From: Eledone cirrhosa
Taxonomy: Eukaryota
Reading direction: 5' to 3'
DNA: 64,000 bases
Assembly (NCBI GenBank): GCA_964016885.1
Contig: OZ024740.1
Span: 85,622,001 to 85,686,000, forward strand
Shown one piece after another: positions 15,001 to 28,162 of the stretch. The notes beneath the pieces are model-generated. The model saw nothing but the letters and a program-made list of their open reading frames with translations. It was not told the origin of the DNA and did not search any database. Made by a program: the position numbers and the translations under genes. How positions within the stretch are numbered: position 1 is the stretch's first letter; each line of letters opens with the position of its first letter.

Positions 15001-18000
15001 TATTGATGGTGACGACGGTTGTGGTAGTGGTATTGATGGTGACGACGGTTGTGGTAGTGGTATTGATGGTGATGATGGTTGTGGTATTGGTATTGATGGT
15101 GATGATGGTAGTGGTATTGATGGCGATGATGGTTGTGGTAGTGGTATTGTTGTTGATGATGGTTGTGGTATTGATGGTAGTGGTAGTAGTATTGATGGTG
15201 ACGATGTTTGTGGTAGTGGTATTGATAGTGATGACGGTTGTGGTAGTGGTATTGATGGTGATGACGGTTGTGGTAGTGGTATTGATGGTGATGATGGTTG
15301 TGGTAGTGGTATTGATGGTGATGATGGCTGTGGTAGTGGTATTGATGGTGATGATGTTTGTGGTAGTGGTATTGATGGTGATGATGGTTGTGATATTGGT
15401 ATTGATGGTGATGATGGTTGTGGTAGTGGTATTGATGGTGATGATGGTTGTGGTAGTGGTATTGATGGTGATGATGGTTGTGGTAGTGGTATTGATGGTG
15501 ATGATGGTTGTGGTAGTGGTATTGATGGTGATGATGGTTGTGGTAGTGGTATTGATGGTGATGATGGTTGTGGTAGTGGTATTGATGGTGATGATGGTTG
15601 TGATATTAGTATTGATGGTGATGATGGTTGTGGTATTGGTATTGATGGTGATGATGGTTGTGGTAGTGGTATTGATGGTGATGATGGTTGTGGTAGTTGT
15701 ATTGATGGTGATGATGGTTGTGGTAGTGCTATTGATGGTGATGATGGTTGTGGTATTGGTATTGATGGTGATGATGGTTGTGGTATTGGTATTTATGGTG
15801 ATGAGGGTTGTGCTAGTGATATTGATGGTGAAGATGGTTGTGGTAGTGGTATTGATGGTGAGGACGGTTGTGGTAGTGGTATTGATGGTGATGATGGTTG
15901 TGGTAGTGGTATTGATGGTGAAGATGGTTGTGGTAGTGGTATTGATGGTGATGATGGTTGTGGTCGTGGTATTGATGGTGATGACGGTTGTGGTAGTGGT
16001 ATTGATGGTGAGGACGGTTGTGGTAGTGGTATTGATGGTGATGATGGTTGTGGTAGTGGTATTGATGGTGATGATGGTAGTGGTATTGATGGTGATGATG
16101 GTTGTGGTAGTGGTATTGATGGTGATGATGGTTGTGGTAGTGGTATTGATGGTGATGATGGTTGTGGTAGTGGTATTGATGGTGATGACGGTTGTGGTAG
16201 TGGTATTGATGGTGATGATGGTTGTGGTAGTGGTATTGATGGTGATGATGGTTGTGATATTGGTATTGATGGTGATGATGGTTGTGGTAGTGGTATTGAT
16301 GGTGATGATGGTTGTGGTAGTGGTATTGATGGTGATGATGGTTGTGGTAGTGGTATTGATGGTGATGATGGTTGTGGTAGTGGTATTGATGGTGATGATG
16401 GTTGTGGTAGTGGTATTGATGGTGATGATGGTAGTGGTATTGATGGTGATGATGGTTGTGGTAGTGGTATTGATGGTGATGATGGTTATGGTAGTGGTAT
16501 TGATGGTGATGATGGTTGTGGTAGTGGTATTGATGGTGATGATGGTAGTGGTATTGATGGTGATGATGGTTGTGGTAGTGGTATTGATGGTGATGATGGT
16601 TGTGGTAGTTGTATTGATGGTGATGATGGTAGTGGTAGTGGTATTGATGGTGATGATGGGTGTGGTAGTGGTATTGATGGTGATGAGGGTAGTGGTATTG
16701 ATGGTGACGACGGTTGTGGTAGTGGTATTGATGGTGATGATGTTTGTGGTAGTAGTATTGATGGTGACGACGGTTGTGGTAGTGGTATTGATGGTGATGA
16801 TGGTTGTGCTAGTGATATTGATGGTGATGATGGTTGTGATAGTGGTATTGATGGTGATGACGGTTGTGGTAGTGGTATTGATGGTGACGACGGTTGTGGT
16901 AGTGGTATTGATGGTGACGAAGGTTGTGGTATTGGTATTGATGGTGATGATGGTTGTGGTATTGGTATTGATGGTGATGATGGTAGTGGTATTGATGGCG
17001 ATGATGGTTGTGGTAGTGGTATTGATGTTGATGATGGTTGTGGTATTGATGGTGATGATGGTAGTGGTAGTAGTATTGATGGTGACGATGTTTGTGGTAG
17101 TGGTATTGATGGTGATGACGGTTGTGGTAGTGGTATTGATGGTGATGACGGTTGTGGTAGTGGTATTGATGGTGATGATGGTTGTGGTAGTGGTATTGAT
17201 GGTGATGATGGCTGTGGTAGTGGTATTGATGGTGATGATGGTTGTGGTAGTGGTATTGATGGTGATGATGGTTGTGATATTGGTATTGATGGTGATGATG
17301 TTTGTGGTAGTGGTATTGATGGTGATGATGGTCGTGGTAGTGGTATTGATGGTGATGATGGTTGTGGTAGTGGTATTGATGGTGATGATGGTTGTGGTAG
17401 TGGTATTGATGGTGATGATGGTTGTGGTAGTGGTATTGATGGTGATGATGGTTGTGGTAGTGGTGTTGATGGTGATGATGGTTGTGATATTGGTATTGAT
17501 GGTGATGATGGTTGTGGTAGTGGTATTGATGGTGATGATGGTTGTGGTAGTGGTATTGATGGTGGTGATGGTTGTGGTATTGATGGTGATGATGGTTGTG
17601 GTAGTGGTATTGATGGTGATGATGGTTCTGGTAGTGGTATTGATGGTGATGATGGTTGTGATATTAGTATTGATGGTGATGATGGTTGTGGTATTGGTAT
17701 TGATGGTGATGATGGTTGTGGTAGTGGTATTGATGGTGATGACGGTTGTGGTAGTTGTATTGATGGTGATGATGGTTGTGGTATTGGTATTGATGGTGAT
17801 GATGGTTGTGGTATTGGTATTGATGGTGATGATGGTTGTGGTAGTGGTATTGATGGTGATGATGGTTGTGGTAGTGGTATTGATGGTGATGACGGTTGTG
17901 GTAGTGGTATTGATGGTGATGACGGTTGTGGTAGTTGTATTGATGGTGATGATGGTTGTGGTAGTGGTATTGATGGTGATGATGGTTGTGGTATTGGTAT

Positions 18001-19275
18001 TGATGGTGATGAGGGTTGTGGTAGTGGTATTGATGGTGATGATGGTTGTGGTAGTGGTATTGATGGTGATGATGGTTGTGGTAGTGGTATTGATGGTGAT
18101 GACGGTTGTGGTAGTGGTATTGATGGTGATGATGGTTGTGGTAGTGCTATTGATTGTGATGATGGTTGTGGTATTGGTATTGATGGTGATGATGGTTGTG
18201 GTATTGGTATTGATGGTGATGATGGTTGTGGTAGTGGTATTGATGGTGATGACGGTTTTGGTAGTTGTATTGATGGTGATGATGGTTGTGGTAGTGCTAT
18301 TGATGGCGATGATGGTTGTGGTATTGGTATTGATGGTGATGATGGTTGTGGTATAGGTATTGATGGTGATGAGGGTTGTGGTAGTGGTATTGATGGTGAT
18401 GATGGTTGTGGTAGTGGTATTGATGGTGATGATGGTTGTGATATTAGTATTGATGGTGATGATGGTTGTGGTATTGGTATTGATGGTGATGATGGTTGTG
18501 GTAGTGCTATTGATGGTGATGATGGTTGTGGTATTGGTATTGATGGTGATGATGGTTGTGGTAGTGGTGTTGATGGTGATGATGGTTGTGGTAGTGGCAT
18601 TGATGGTGATGACGGTTGTGGTAGTGGTATTGATGGTGATGATGGTTGTGGTAGTGCTATTGATGGTGATGATGGTTGTGGTATTGGTATTGATGGTGAT
18701 GATGGTTGTGGTATTGGTTTTGATGGTGATGATGGTTGTGGTAGTGGTATTGATGGTGATGACGGTTGTGGTAGTTGTATTGGTGGTGATGATGGTTGTG
18801 GTAGTGCTATTGATGGTGATGATGGTTGTGGTATTGGTATTGATGGTGATGATGGTTGTGGTAGTGGTATTGATGGTGATGATGGTTGTGGTAGTGGTAT
18901 TGATGGTGATGATGGTTGTGGTAGTGGTATTGTTGGTGATGATGGTAGTGGTAGTGGGATTGATGGTGACGACGGTTGTGGTAGTGGTATTGATGGTGAC
19001 GACGGTTGTGGTAGTGGTATTGATGGGGATGATGGTTGTGGTATTGGTATTGATGGTGATGATGGTTGTGGTAGTGGTACTGATGGTGATGATGGTTGTG
19101 GTAGTGGTATTGATGGTGTTGATGGTTGTGGTAGTGGTATTGATGGAGTGGTAGTGGTATTGATGGAGTGGTAGTGGTGATGATGGTTGTGGTAGTGGTA
19201 TTGATGGTGATGATGGTTGTGGTAGTGGTATTTATGGTGATGATGGTTGTGGTAGTGGTATTGATGGTGATGATG
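1..19275. repeat. ~19.3-kb tandem array of a 30-bp unit GGTTGTGGTAGTGGTATTGATGGTGATGAT, with 24-bp and other deletion variants; runs off the left edge of the window
   Basis: Unit is directly visible throughout. Variant units recur in blocks. Phase shifts near 2000, 9490 and 19145. Decays into cryptic (GGT/GAT/AGT)n sequence after ~19275. Confidence 0.98.
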
Positions 19276-20862
19276 AAGATGTCCATAGCATTGGCAGAGG
19301 TGTTGATATGTGGTAATGGTGTTGCTAGTAGTGGTGATGATAACTGTGGTGATGATTATGATGATGATTATGTCCATAGAATTGGTAGTGGTGGTGTTAG
19401 TGGTGATCATGTTGGTGATAGTGATGATGGTGTTCTGATAGTGCTGATAATAATGGTGATGTTGATCATGGTGGTGGTGAAGATTAATGTTTCCAAAATT
19501 AAGGACTTGAAAAAACACAAACGAAACCAGAAACAATAAAAACAACAAAACCAACTAACATAGATGGAAGAGGGAAGTGAATAGTAGTAATAGTGGTGGT
19601 GGTAATAATAGTGGTAGTAGTAGTGGTGGTAGTAATAGTAGTGGTGGTGGTGGTAGCAGTAGTCGTGCTGATGGTGGTAGTAGGGGTAGCAGTGATGGTC
19701 ATCATGGCAGTGGCTGTAGTAGTAGTAGCAGTAGTAGATGGCTAAATTGATGAATGAAGGAAGAAAATCAAGAGAAAGAGAAAGGAGAGAGAGAGTGTGA
19801 GAGAAACAGAGAGAATGTGTGCATGTGTGGGAAAGAGTGTGTGTGAGAAAAACACAGTGAGAGAGAAAGAGGGTGTGTGAGTGAAAGAGAGAGTGTGTGT
19901 GAGAGAGACAGAGAGAGTGAGAGAAGAGAAACCCAGAGAATTGTAAAAATAATAAACAAATGAATTAAAAAATTATTTAAAAAATGTAATAAAAAATAAA
20001 TACAAAATAAAATAAAATAAAATAAATAATACAATAAAATAATATAAATAATATAATACAATAAAATAAATAATATAATAATAAAATAAAAACCTATACT
20101 GAATAAATAAAAAAAATTTTCACACAAAGAAAGAAAAGAAAGAAAAAAGAGTAGAGTAAAAGAGAAATGTTTAATAATTTCTGTCGTTAGAAGAGAAGTG
20201 AGCGGGAGGTTATGGTGTGTGTGTGTGTGTATGAGTGTGCTTGTGTGTATTTGTACATGATTCAGTGAATGCGTACGTATGTGTATGAGTGTATTTGTGC
20301 ATGTGTATATGTATGAGTGTGTGTATGTGTATGAGTGTATTTGTGCATGATTGAGTGTGTGTATGTATATGAGTGTATTTGTGCATTATTGAGTGTGTTT
20401 ATGTATATGAGTGTATTTGTGCATGATTGAGCGTGTGTGTGTGTGTGTATGTTTACACATGTATGAGTACAGATATGTGAAGTCATGTATGTGTGTTTCT
20501 AGCATTGTTTATATTCTCTTGTCTCATTTAAGTTTGTTTCTGTTGTTGCTGCTGTTGCTTGTTGTACATCTTGTTATTTGTGTTTTGAAATATTTCTTTC
20601 GGTACATTTTAAGTTTTAGATTCCCCCCCCCCCCTTTTTTTAATTTTTGGTGGTGACTGTGAATGTGAATGTGTGTCTATGCTTATCTCTGTGAGATGTC
20701 TGTTTTCGAGTTTGTATTTATATGTAACTGTGTGTATGTGTGTGTGTGTGTGTAAGTATGTATGCCTCGGTGTGAGAACTTCTGTCAGTGCACAAGCAAG
20801 TGCACACAGATTTGTGAGTGTATTTATGTGTGTGATAATGCATCTACATGTATATATATATG

Positions 20863-20897
<35 letters not shown>

Positions 20898-21000
20898 GAA
20901 TGAACATTAAACAATGATGATGACGATGATATATACAGACACACACACATAGACATATATATAAATATATATATATCATCATCAGCATCACCATTTAATG
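19276..21000. repeat. Low-complexity zone: degenerate trinucleotide repeats, (GA)n/(GT)n, (AATA)n, (TA)n
   Basis: Simple repeats visible directly. Confidence 0.85.
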
Positions 21001-21780
21001 TCCATTTTCCATGGTGTATGTAAAAGTTAAACAGAAATAACAAAACAAATGGTACAGTATATGGAACAAATGTATTAGTTTAATGCTTGAAATAGCAGGA
21101 AGAGGGGCGCTAGTCTTTCATCAGAAGAAAGAAGGAGAAATTAGAAAGATTTAGGTGACGGGCAGGGCGGAATCGTATATATATATATGCATATTACGGC
21201 TGCCAAAATCGAGTATGACTTGGTAGCATTTCACTAAGTATTGCAATATGACACTAACACCATCTCCACACTCCCCTCCTCTACTGTTAATCCAGTGGAA
21301 TGTTCATAATGTGACAGAGGGAAGGAGGAAAGACTTCACTGGAAATAGGCACAGAGGCTCAGAAGAAATATCTAACACATTAACCACTCTGCCAAATCAA
21401 CTGCTTTGTCTATGCACACACACACACACACATACATATATATATTTGTCCTAACACTGAAACACCATGTTGGAAATTCTCCATAACAATTCTATTTTAT
21501 TTTGCATACATTTTGTATGTTATTTTGGGTGGTGGGTTAAATTGTGACTGTTGTGTTTTTCCAATAGATTTTGTTTTTATTAAATTACTATCTGATTACT
21601 TTAATATGAAATCACCATCACAGCTTCATTGGATTGTAAGCTGGAAGGAATTCTTGTTTAATTCGATGGCTTATTTGTTTGTGTTTAGACACAAACAAAC
21701 CAATACATATGTATAAACACAGCTTTAAAAAACGAACTTAAAATTATTAAAACGAGGCTATGATATATATATATATATAA

Positions 21781-21965
21781 TAATAATTGTTTCTACTTTT
21801 GGCACAAGGCCAGTAATTACTCCAGTGCGTGACTGGTACTTTATTTTATCAATCCTGTAAGGATGAAAGGCAAAGTTAACCTCGGTGGAATTTGAACTCA
21901 GAACGTAAAAGGTCATAACTCTATGCTACAAAGGATGGTGTCTGACCCTCTACCGATATTGCTCA
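21781..21965 (-). mobile_element. SINE family A copy (same family as 26687-26876)
   Basis: Reverse complement of ...gagttcaaattccaccgaggttaactttgcctttcatcc...gtaccagt...ggccttgtgccaaaagtagaaacaattatta. Confidence 0.8.
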
Positions 21966-22159
21966 TCCAATAATAGGAGTTTACATCAATATCCAGTGAT
22001 TTCAATCTCATATATATATATATATGAATGTATGTATAGTATATTTGGCAATATACCGTATGTTTAATTAACAACATTTAGAAGACCATACACTATCAGT
22101 TTTAAAGTAGTGACTATGTCTCTTACTTCTTATATAAAACAATAAGCTTTTACTGGCCA

Positions 22160-22402
22160 TTTTCACTGCCAATGTAGGGGTTAGCCTAGCAGGACCATGA
22201 CAAGCTTTTCTGTCCACTTTTTTCTGTCTCCAGTGATACTTTCCTACTTTACAGAGTGTACTGGGTACATGACACTGCCACTAGAGAAGTTGTTATGTCT
22301 TTTCTATGAGGAAAGAGTACTTTTTACCGTTTTTGGCATGATTTTTATGGCTAGATGCCCTTCCTAATGTCAACACTTTAGCAATTTATCATGGCACCAG
22401 CC
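22160..22402 (-). mobile_element. Degenerate SINE family C (RTE-tailed) fragment
   Basis: Reverse complement contains attaggaagggcatctagccataaaa, shared with the copies at 25570 and 28020. Confidence 0.5.
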
Positions 22403-24199
22403 TTATATATTTTATATACACATAACATAAAATGTTCAGTAATGTCTGTTATTCTGGTTTACTTTATAGCTGCTGTTAATATAGACTCTTTCTTTTGTAT
22501 TAGACAGCAATCATGTGATATACTCCAGGTGGTGTAGTGGGATTAGGGTGTGTGAAGTCCACACTCTCAGGTGGGCGGGAATCTGGGCACTCACTTAATG
22601 TGTGTTCTGTAGTCTGCTTTGGCGAGAGCAGCACTAGCAGCTGTTGATGGCCTTAGCCCTCAGTGGCGCATAGCTGTACTGAATCAGTATACACATGTGT
22701 AGAGTTGACATTCAGTTGGGTTGGTTGAGATGCCTGTTGCCAGCAATATAGCCTGTGACACACACTTTTCCAGCTTACAGTGAAAATGTTTCCTTTCAAG
22801 TTCAAGTGTCATTCTATATATCTTGTTTTAATCCACTTTGTATAATAATTTCGACAATCCTAAATATAACTTTCTATTTTCATGAATGGTGCCAGGAAGG
22901 AAACACAGCCATGGAAATGGCTCTCTGATGACTATGGTTATGTCAGTCATGGGGCTCTCAAGTTTAATACCTGCTTTAGTAGGGAAAATACCCTTAAAAC
23001 ACTTGATGTTCTATCTATATGTCAATTTATATTTCTCTATCCTTCTTTATTATAATATTACACTTATATGCATTATCTTTTTTATAGTTTAATTTCTAAC
23101 CTTATGTTTTTGAGAATTATAATTATGAGATATTAACATACATCATGCCCTACAAGAAAATGATATTCCCATATATTTTCGACCTCCTGTAAACTTTAGA
23201 AACATTTAAAACAACTTATAACAAAATTATCAGAAATAAATCACATCTTTATATAACTTCTGACATTGACTAAAAATAATAAGAAACAATAACTTTATGA
23301 TGCCCTCAGTCAATTATTTCTTTTAAAACTCATTACAAAATTAAAATAGAAAAAGGGAAAAGAAAAATCATTCTTCAATCATTTTCCATGTTATTAATTC
23401 AGCCCCCTGCAAAAAAAAAAAAGAAAATCTATCTTTTTCCTAGTAACTTTTCCATTTTTATAATTGCATTTTTGTAAATGATCATTGAAAATTCATTTTG
23501 GTGTCCAAATAAATTTTCTTCTCTTTCACTGTTAAATTAAGGTAGTGTAAACATGCAAGCAGCACAAGAAAGCAACATTAAACATTTTATTCTGGGCAAA
23601 TTTTGAGCAAATTTGAATACTGAAATGAGCAAAGTTAAAATTTGTCAGATTTATAACAATTTTAACTGTTGATACCAAACAGCCTCAAACCACCCATCCA
23701 TATCAGTTTATTTTAAAGTGTTTATATTTATCGAAAACCCTTCAATCATAATTTTACAGTTAGGGTTATACACTAAACACCAGCTTAATAACAATAAATT
23801 TAGTTATGTTACTAAATCCCTCCAGTTTGACAAGTATAGGCAGTTTGTTTCAGTAAACATAAGAGGGTTGATACCTCAAATGTTATTTCTATAACGTTTT
23901 TTTTAATAAATTTTAACTTAAATGAGTGCAAAGAAACAAGAAGAAGAAATAGGTATAAACTAAGTGATAAAGAAAATGAAATCCCTATTTACAAACTCTA
24001 CTGAACATAATCAATTGTTTTTACAATCGTATTGGATTTTACACTTATCTAAGGGAGTTTTTTTTTCTCATGTCAATAATCTGATTGTGGTCATGATTTT
24101 GGAGCAGGTTGCTAGGGAGGAGAGTGACTTGGTGGGGGAATAGTAGGGCGGATGAGACAAAGCCAAGAAACAGGCATGGAATGAAATGGCAGAATGAGG

Positions 24200-25060
24200 G
24201 AAATAGAGAACACTACCAGGATGCGAGAAGAGAAGCTAGGCGACAAGTATACAAATGAAAACAGGGCTCAGATTCCCTCAGGAAAATGGCCTTGCTCAGT
24301 GTGCAGGAAAGGAGTAGGTATAAATTCCATCCTATGTCCCAAATGTTAACTATGGATAAACAAGAGATGTAGCATAGAGCATAAGTTTTATATATGGTCA
24401 ATGCACAGGAACAATAAGTAGCAAGAGCACACAGGATACTAGCTCATTGAAATGCCCAATGGATTCTGTAGAAATAGTTGATAGTTTCTGTTACCTATGT
24501 AATCAAATTAGTGATGGAGGAGGGTGTTCTAAAAGTACGGTAGCCTGGGTGAGAATGGGATGGAAAAAGTTCAGGGAGCTACTTACTACTGCTGCTAACT
24601 ACAAAAGGTTTTTCCCTCAAAATGAAAGGCAGACTGTATGAAATTTGTGTAGGAGCAGCAATGCTGCATGGAAGTGAGACCTGGACAATATATGCAGAGG
24701 ACCTATGAAGGTTGGAAAGAAATGAAGCTTGCAGGCTCCAATGGATGTGTAATAGCAGTGTGCATGAATGAAAAAGCATCAATGAACTGAGAGAGAAACT
24801 AGGAATAAGAGGGGTCAGATGCAGTGTATAGGAGAGGAGATTGTGGTGGATTTGACATGTGATGCATGTAGAGGATGGCCACTGTATAAAAAGGTGCAGA
24901 ACACTTGAAGTTGGAAGAGAAAAACTTAGGAACAATTGGGCTGAAGAGATAAAAGCTGACTGTCTCCAATTAAACCTCACAAAGGAGATGACAAAGGATC
25001 AATATCTCTGGCATCATGCTGTATTGCAGAAGACCCACCTTCCCATGTGCACAAGATGAA
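24200..25060 (+). mobile_element. RTE-clade LINE 3' fragment, decayed RT C-terminus
   Basis: Translates to VDSFCYL...GGGCSKSTVAWVRMGWKKFRELL and MLHGSETW, with stops and frameshifts. Confidence 0.75.
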
Positions 25061-25304
25061 ATGAAATGAAATAAACATGTAGAGGACACAATAATCTGAA
25101 CCAACCTTCTCTTCAGCCCCCCCCCCCACACACATTTACTCTCCTCAATCTTAACACCCTGCTCTTATCAGTGAAATATCTCATGTACCTCATCAATTTT
25201 GCCCCCCTCCAAACCTTCACTCCTGATACATTTCTCCTGCCCAACCATTGCAATCATACAAATATGAAAGCTGGATATCTTCTACATCTGATCTCCCACA
25301 ATGC

Positions 25305-25705
25305 CATTACCATGACAAAAGCACTGGTGCCGTAACAACAAAAACACCCACTCCATCCTGTAAAGTGGTCGTGATGGTGGTATGAGAAAAAGCACATAGT
25401 TCACCCTGTAAGGCGGTCATGCTGGTGACACAACAAAAAGTGGCCAGTCCATCTTGTAAGGTGGTCATGCTGGTGACATGACAAAAAGCACCCAGTCAAC
25501 CATGTAAGATGGTTATGCTAGTGACACAATAAAAAGCACCTAGCCCAGTCCAAACAGTTAGTTAGCATTAAGAAGGGCATCCAGTTGTAGAAAACAAGTC
25601 AAAATACAGATCTGTATGAGTAAGACATGCTCACCTAATCTGAATTGTCTCATAATGTGACAACCTGTCTAACCCATGCAAGCATGGAAAATGAACATTA
25701 AATGA
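25305..25705 (+). mobile_element. SINE family C with ~48-bp internal tandem repeats and RTE-like 3' tail
   Basis: 4-5 repeats of tgtaaggtggtcatgctggtgacac..aaaaagcacccagtc, then aagggcatccag and aacccatgcaagcatggaaaatgaacattaaatga. Confidence 0.7.
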
Positions 25706-25716
25706 GTGAAGAAGTG

Positions 25717-25903
25717 CTAGGAAATCCCAGTGGAAGGAAGCTGCAGTAGAGGTAGACTAAGAAAGACCTGGGCAGAGGTGGCAAGAGCTGATCTCAAATC
25801 GCTGAGATTCACAGAGTGGAGAGATGCTGTGCTGAAAAGAACCCATCCAACCGATGCAAACATGGAAAAATGGACGTAAAAACGATGATGTTGATGATGA
25901 TGA

Positions 25904-25905
<2 letters not shown>
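25717..25905 (+). mobile_element. RTE LINE extreme 3' end with (GAT)n tail
   Basis: EIPVEGSCSRGRLRKTW-like coding remnant, then catggaaaaatggacgtaaaacgatgatg. Confidence 0.7.
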
Positions 25906-25937
<32 letters not shown>

Positions 25938-26187
25938 GCACTATTTTATAAGTCACTTTGACAAGCTTTTATGGATTTGACAGTTATGAAATATATCATT
26001 GCACTATAAATGTCACTGCAGTGTAATATTCACCTGTGAGACAGAAGTTATGATGAAACAACATCTCAATTTTATTGCTTTAATTCCTTATGTTTGCGTT
26101 TCTCACCAACAGTAACTAATGCCAGCTATTCACCATGTAATATATCTCTATAGTAGCATACTTTCACTATTCTGCATTTCACACATA

Positions 26188-27147
26188 TCTATATATTAAT
26201 TTCAAAAACGTCAGTATTCCGTGTGTCATAATTCTCAATTATCTTGGTTCATAGGTTTCAAACGACTCCGCCCACCTCAACGACGCCAAACTTAAATTAA
26301 TACACATAATGCCAATGAGGGAGTGAGAAGGGAGAGTAAGAAACAGAGAGGCAAAGTGAACGCTGTAACTATTACCATGTGTGCATGTGTATGTACGTGC
26401 GCGTATGTTTATGTGTGTGTGCGTGCGTGCGTGCAGTGTTCCACAGAAAGTCAAAACTATCAACATGTGTGACTGTGTAAATGTGTGTAAGTGCACGGGT
26501 GCGTGTGTAAGTTTGCATGTGTGTGCGCGTTTCCATACATGTGTGTGTACGTGGGGCGTTCCACAATCGCCACGCAGTTTATCTGTCTGTCAGTCTAACA
26601 TACACAGAGAGTTGTGAAGGGAGTAAATAGGGACCTTTTTTTACATTGACAGACATCTTTTATATTTATTATTATGTCATATTAATGGCCGTGGATTGGC
26701 AGTATCGGTAGAGGGTCGGACGCCATGCTTTCCAGCATAGTTACGTCCCTTTACGATCTGAGTTCAAATCCCGCCGAGGTTGACTTTGCCTTTCATCCTT
26801 ATGGGGTCGATAAAATAAAGTACCAGTAATGAACTGGTGATGGCTGGCCTTGTGCCTAAAGTAGAAACAATTATTATGTCATTGTTTGACAATTGCTTGA
26901 AATGAATACTGATAAAAGCAATTCGACTTTATCAAACAGTGAACTACAGCGGCGACAGCGTGCAGCCAGGAATGAAGAAAAACGGGCTGAACAGCACCAT
27001 CGGAACGCCGAACTTCAGAGGCGAAGACGTGCTGCCATGAATGAAGAGGAGCTGGCTGAACAACGCCAACGAAACACTGGAGCCAAGCAGCGACGGCGTG
27101 CTGTGATGGTTGAAGACGAACTGGCTGAGCATCATCTTTTATATTAA
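26188..27147 (+). mobile_element. Probable Helitron 5' fragment with an R/Q/E-rich repetitive ORF remnant (26893-27147), interrupted by a SINE
   Basis: Starts TCTATATATTAA. The ORF NAELQRRRRAAMNEEELAEQRQRN resembles the repetitive N-termini of Helitron RepHel proteins. No Rep or helicase motifs present. Confidence 0.35.
26687..26876 (+). mobile_element. tRNA-derived SINE family A, near full length
   Basis: A-box-like tggcagtatcgg and B-box gagttcaaatccc. Ends agaaacaattatta. TTATTATGTCAT occurs on both sides (TSD-like). Confidence 0.85.
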
Positions 27148-27150
27148 TTA

Positions 27151-27511
27151 TCTATATCTATATCTACATATAATATAAAAGGTTGGAACTTCTATCATCC
27201 TTTTGAGAAACGTGGAACAACCACGTCTATGCAATGATACACGTTTTATAGTCAGGCAGAAGATGAACCATCTCCTAGAGGTCACTATTCTAGGTGGGAG
27301 CACCTAGAATTGTTCATATACTATGCACAAATGGTACAACAAAGAATCTGGTATATCTAGAAGATTTTTTTTTTACTGTTTTCTGTATCACACAGACACA
27401 ACGGAATCGCCTCATACTGTAACCAGACAAACATCCAATACAGTCATTTTCTCTTTTACCAGTCTTCTCTTATCATCTGTTTACCCGGACGAAGCTGAGT
27501 ACGTCAGGTAG
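27151..27511 (+). mobile_element. Probable non-autonomous Helitron
   Basis: 5' TCTATAT...ATAAAA start. 3' imperfect hairpin acccggacgaagctgagt followed by ...GTAG/T (variant of CTAG/T). Confidence 0.45.
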
Positions 27512-27571
27512 TATATATTAATACATATATATTTAAATATATATATATATATACATATATACATAAATATA

Positions 27572-27700
27572 TAGTGGTTAGAGCATTGACCTTGCAATCG
27601 AAAGGTTGTGAGTTCAATTCTCAGACCGGGTGATCTGTTGTTTCCTTGAGCAAGACACTTTATTTCACATTGCTCCAGTTTACTCAGCTGTAGAAATGAG
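27572..27700 (+). mobile_element. tRNA-derived SINE family B, 5' part
   Basis: tagtggttagagca (A-box), gagttcaattct (B-box), then ccttgagcaagacactttatttc; matches the copy at 30866. Confidence 0.8.
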
Positions 27701-27729
27701 ATGATAGGGTCTGGGATCCCTATCATTCC

Positions 27730-27822
27730 ACTACTCGTTCCTATTACCCACTCTACTACCCTAAGTAGTGAGTACTTTGGTGCGTTATGGTCCATCTGGT
27801 CCTTACCACATTTCCTTTGTTA
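27730..27822 (+). mobile_element. Solo 3' tail of the Penelope-like family found at 34619-36800
   Basis: ctactcgttcctattacccactctactaccctaagt...ccttaccacatttc is near-identical to 36709-36795 and also ends at a (TA)n tract. Confidence 0.8.
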
Positions 27823-27949
27823 TATATGTATATATATACAGTTATACAGAAGACCCGCCTGCCATTACATGCAAACTTAAACCTACAGTCAGTAAGCACC
27901 TCTTAACCCAATATACACCCCCCCACCTGACACTCCACCCTCTACTTCC

Positions 27950-28162
27950 GTTCACTGTAAAGTGGTCGTGTAGGTGACACGACAAAAAGCACTCAGTCCA
28001 CACTGTAAAGTGGTTGGGGTTAGGAAGGTCATCCAGCCATAGAAAACCTGCCAGAAACAATTCTGTACAAGCGAGATACGGTCAGCCAACTAATCTTGCC
28101 TCAATTGGGACAAAACTGTCCAACCCATGCTAGCGTGGAAGATGAACATTAAACGATGATTA
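27950..28162 (+). mobile_element. SINE family C 3' part (RTE tail)
   Basis: ctgtaaagtgg..., aggaaggtcatccagccatagaaa, aacccatgctagcgtggaagatgaacattaaacgatgat. Confidence 0.7.

Noticed and set aside
1-19275. CRISPR-like array or telomeric repeat
   Set aside because: No unique spacers, and not TTAGGG-type. It is an ordinary eukaryotic tandem repeat.
2-19554. Giant Val/Met, Gly/Asp/Cys, Pro/Ser, Thr/Ile and His-rich ORFs as real proteins
   Set aside because: They follow automatically from a stop-poor 30-bp unit. There is no unique N- or C-terminal domain, and stops and frameshifts occur. The apparent synonymous bias is explained by T occupying every third position.
22920-23000. Hammerhead suggested by CTGATGA...GAAA
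   Set aside because: No convincing stem I or stem III pairing.
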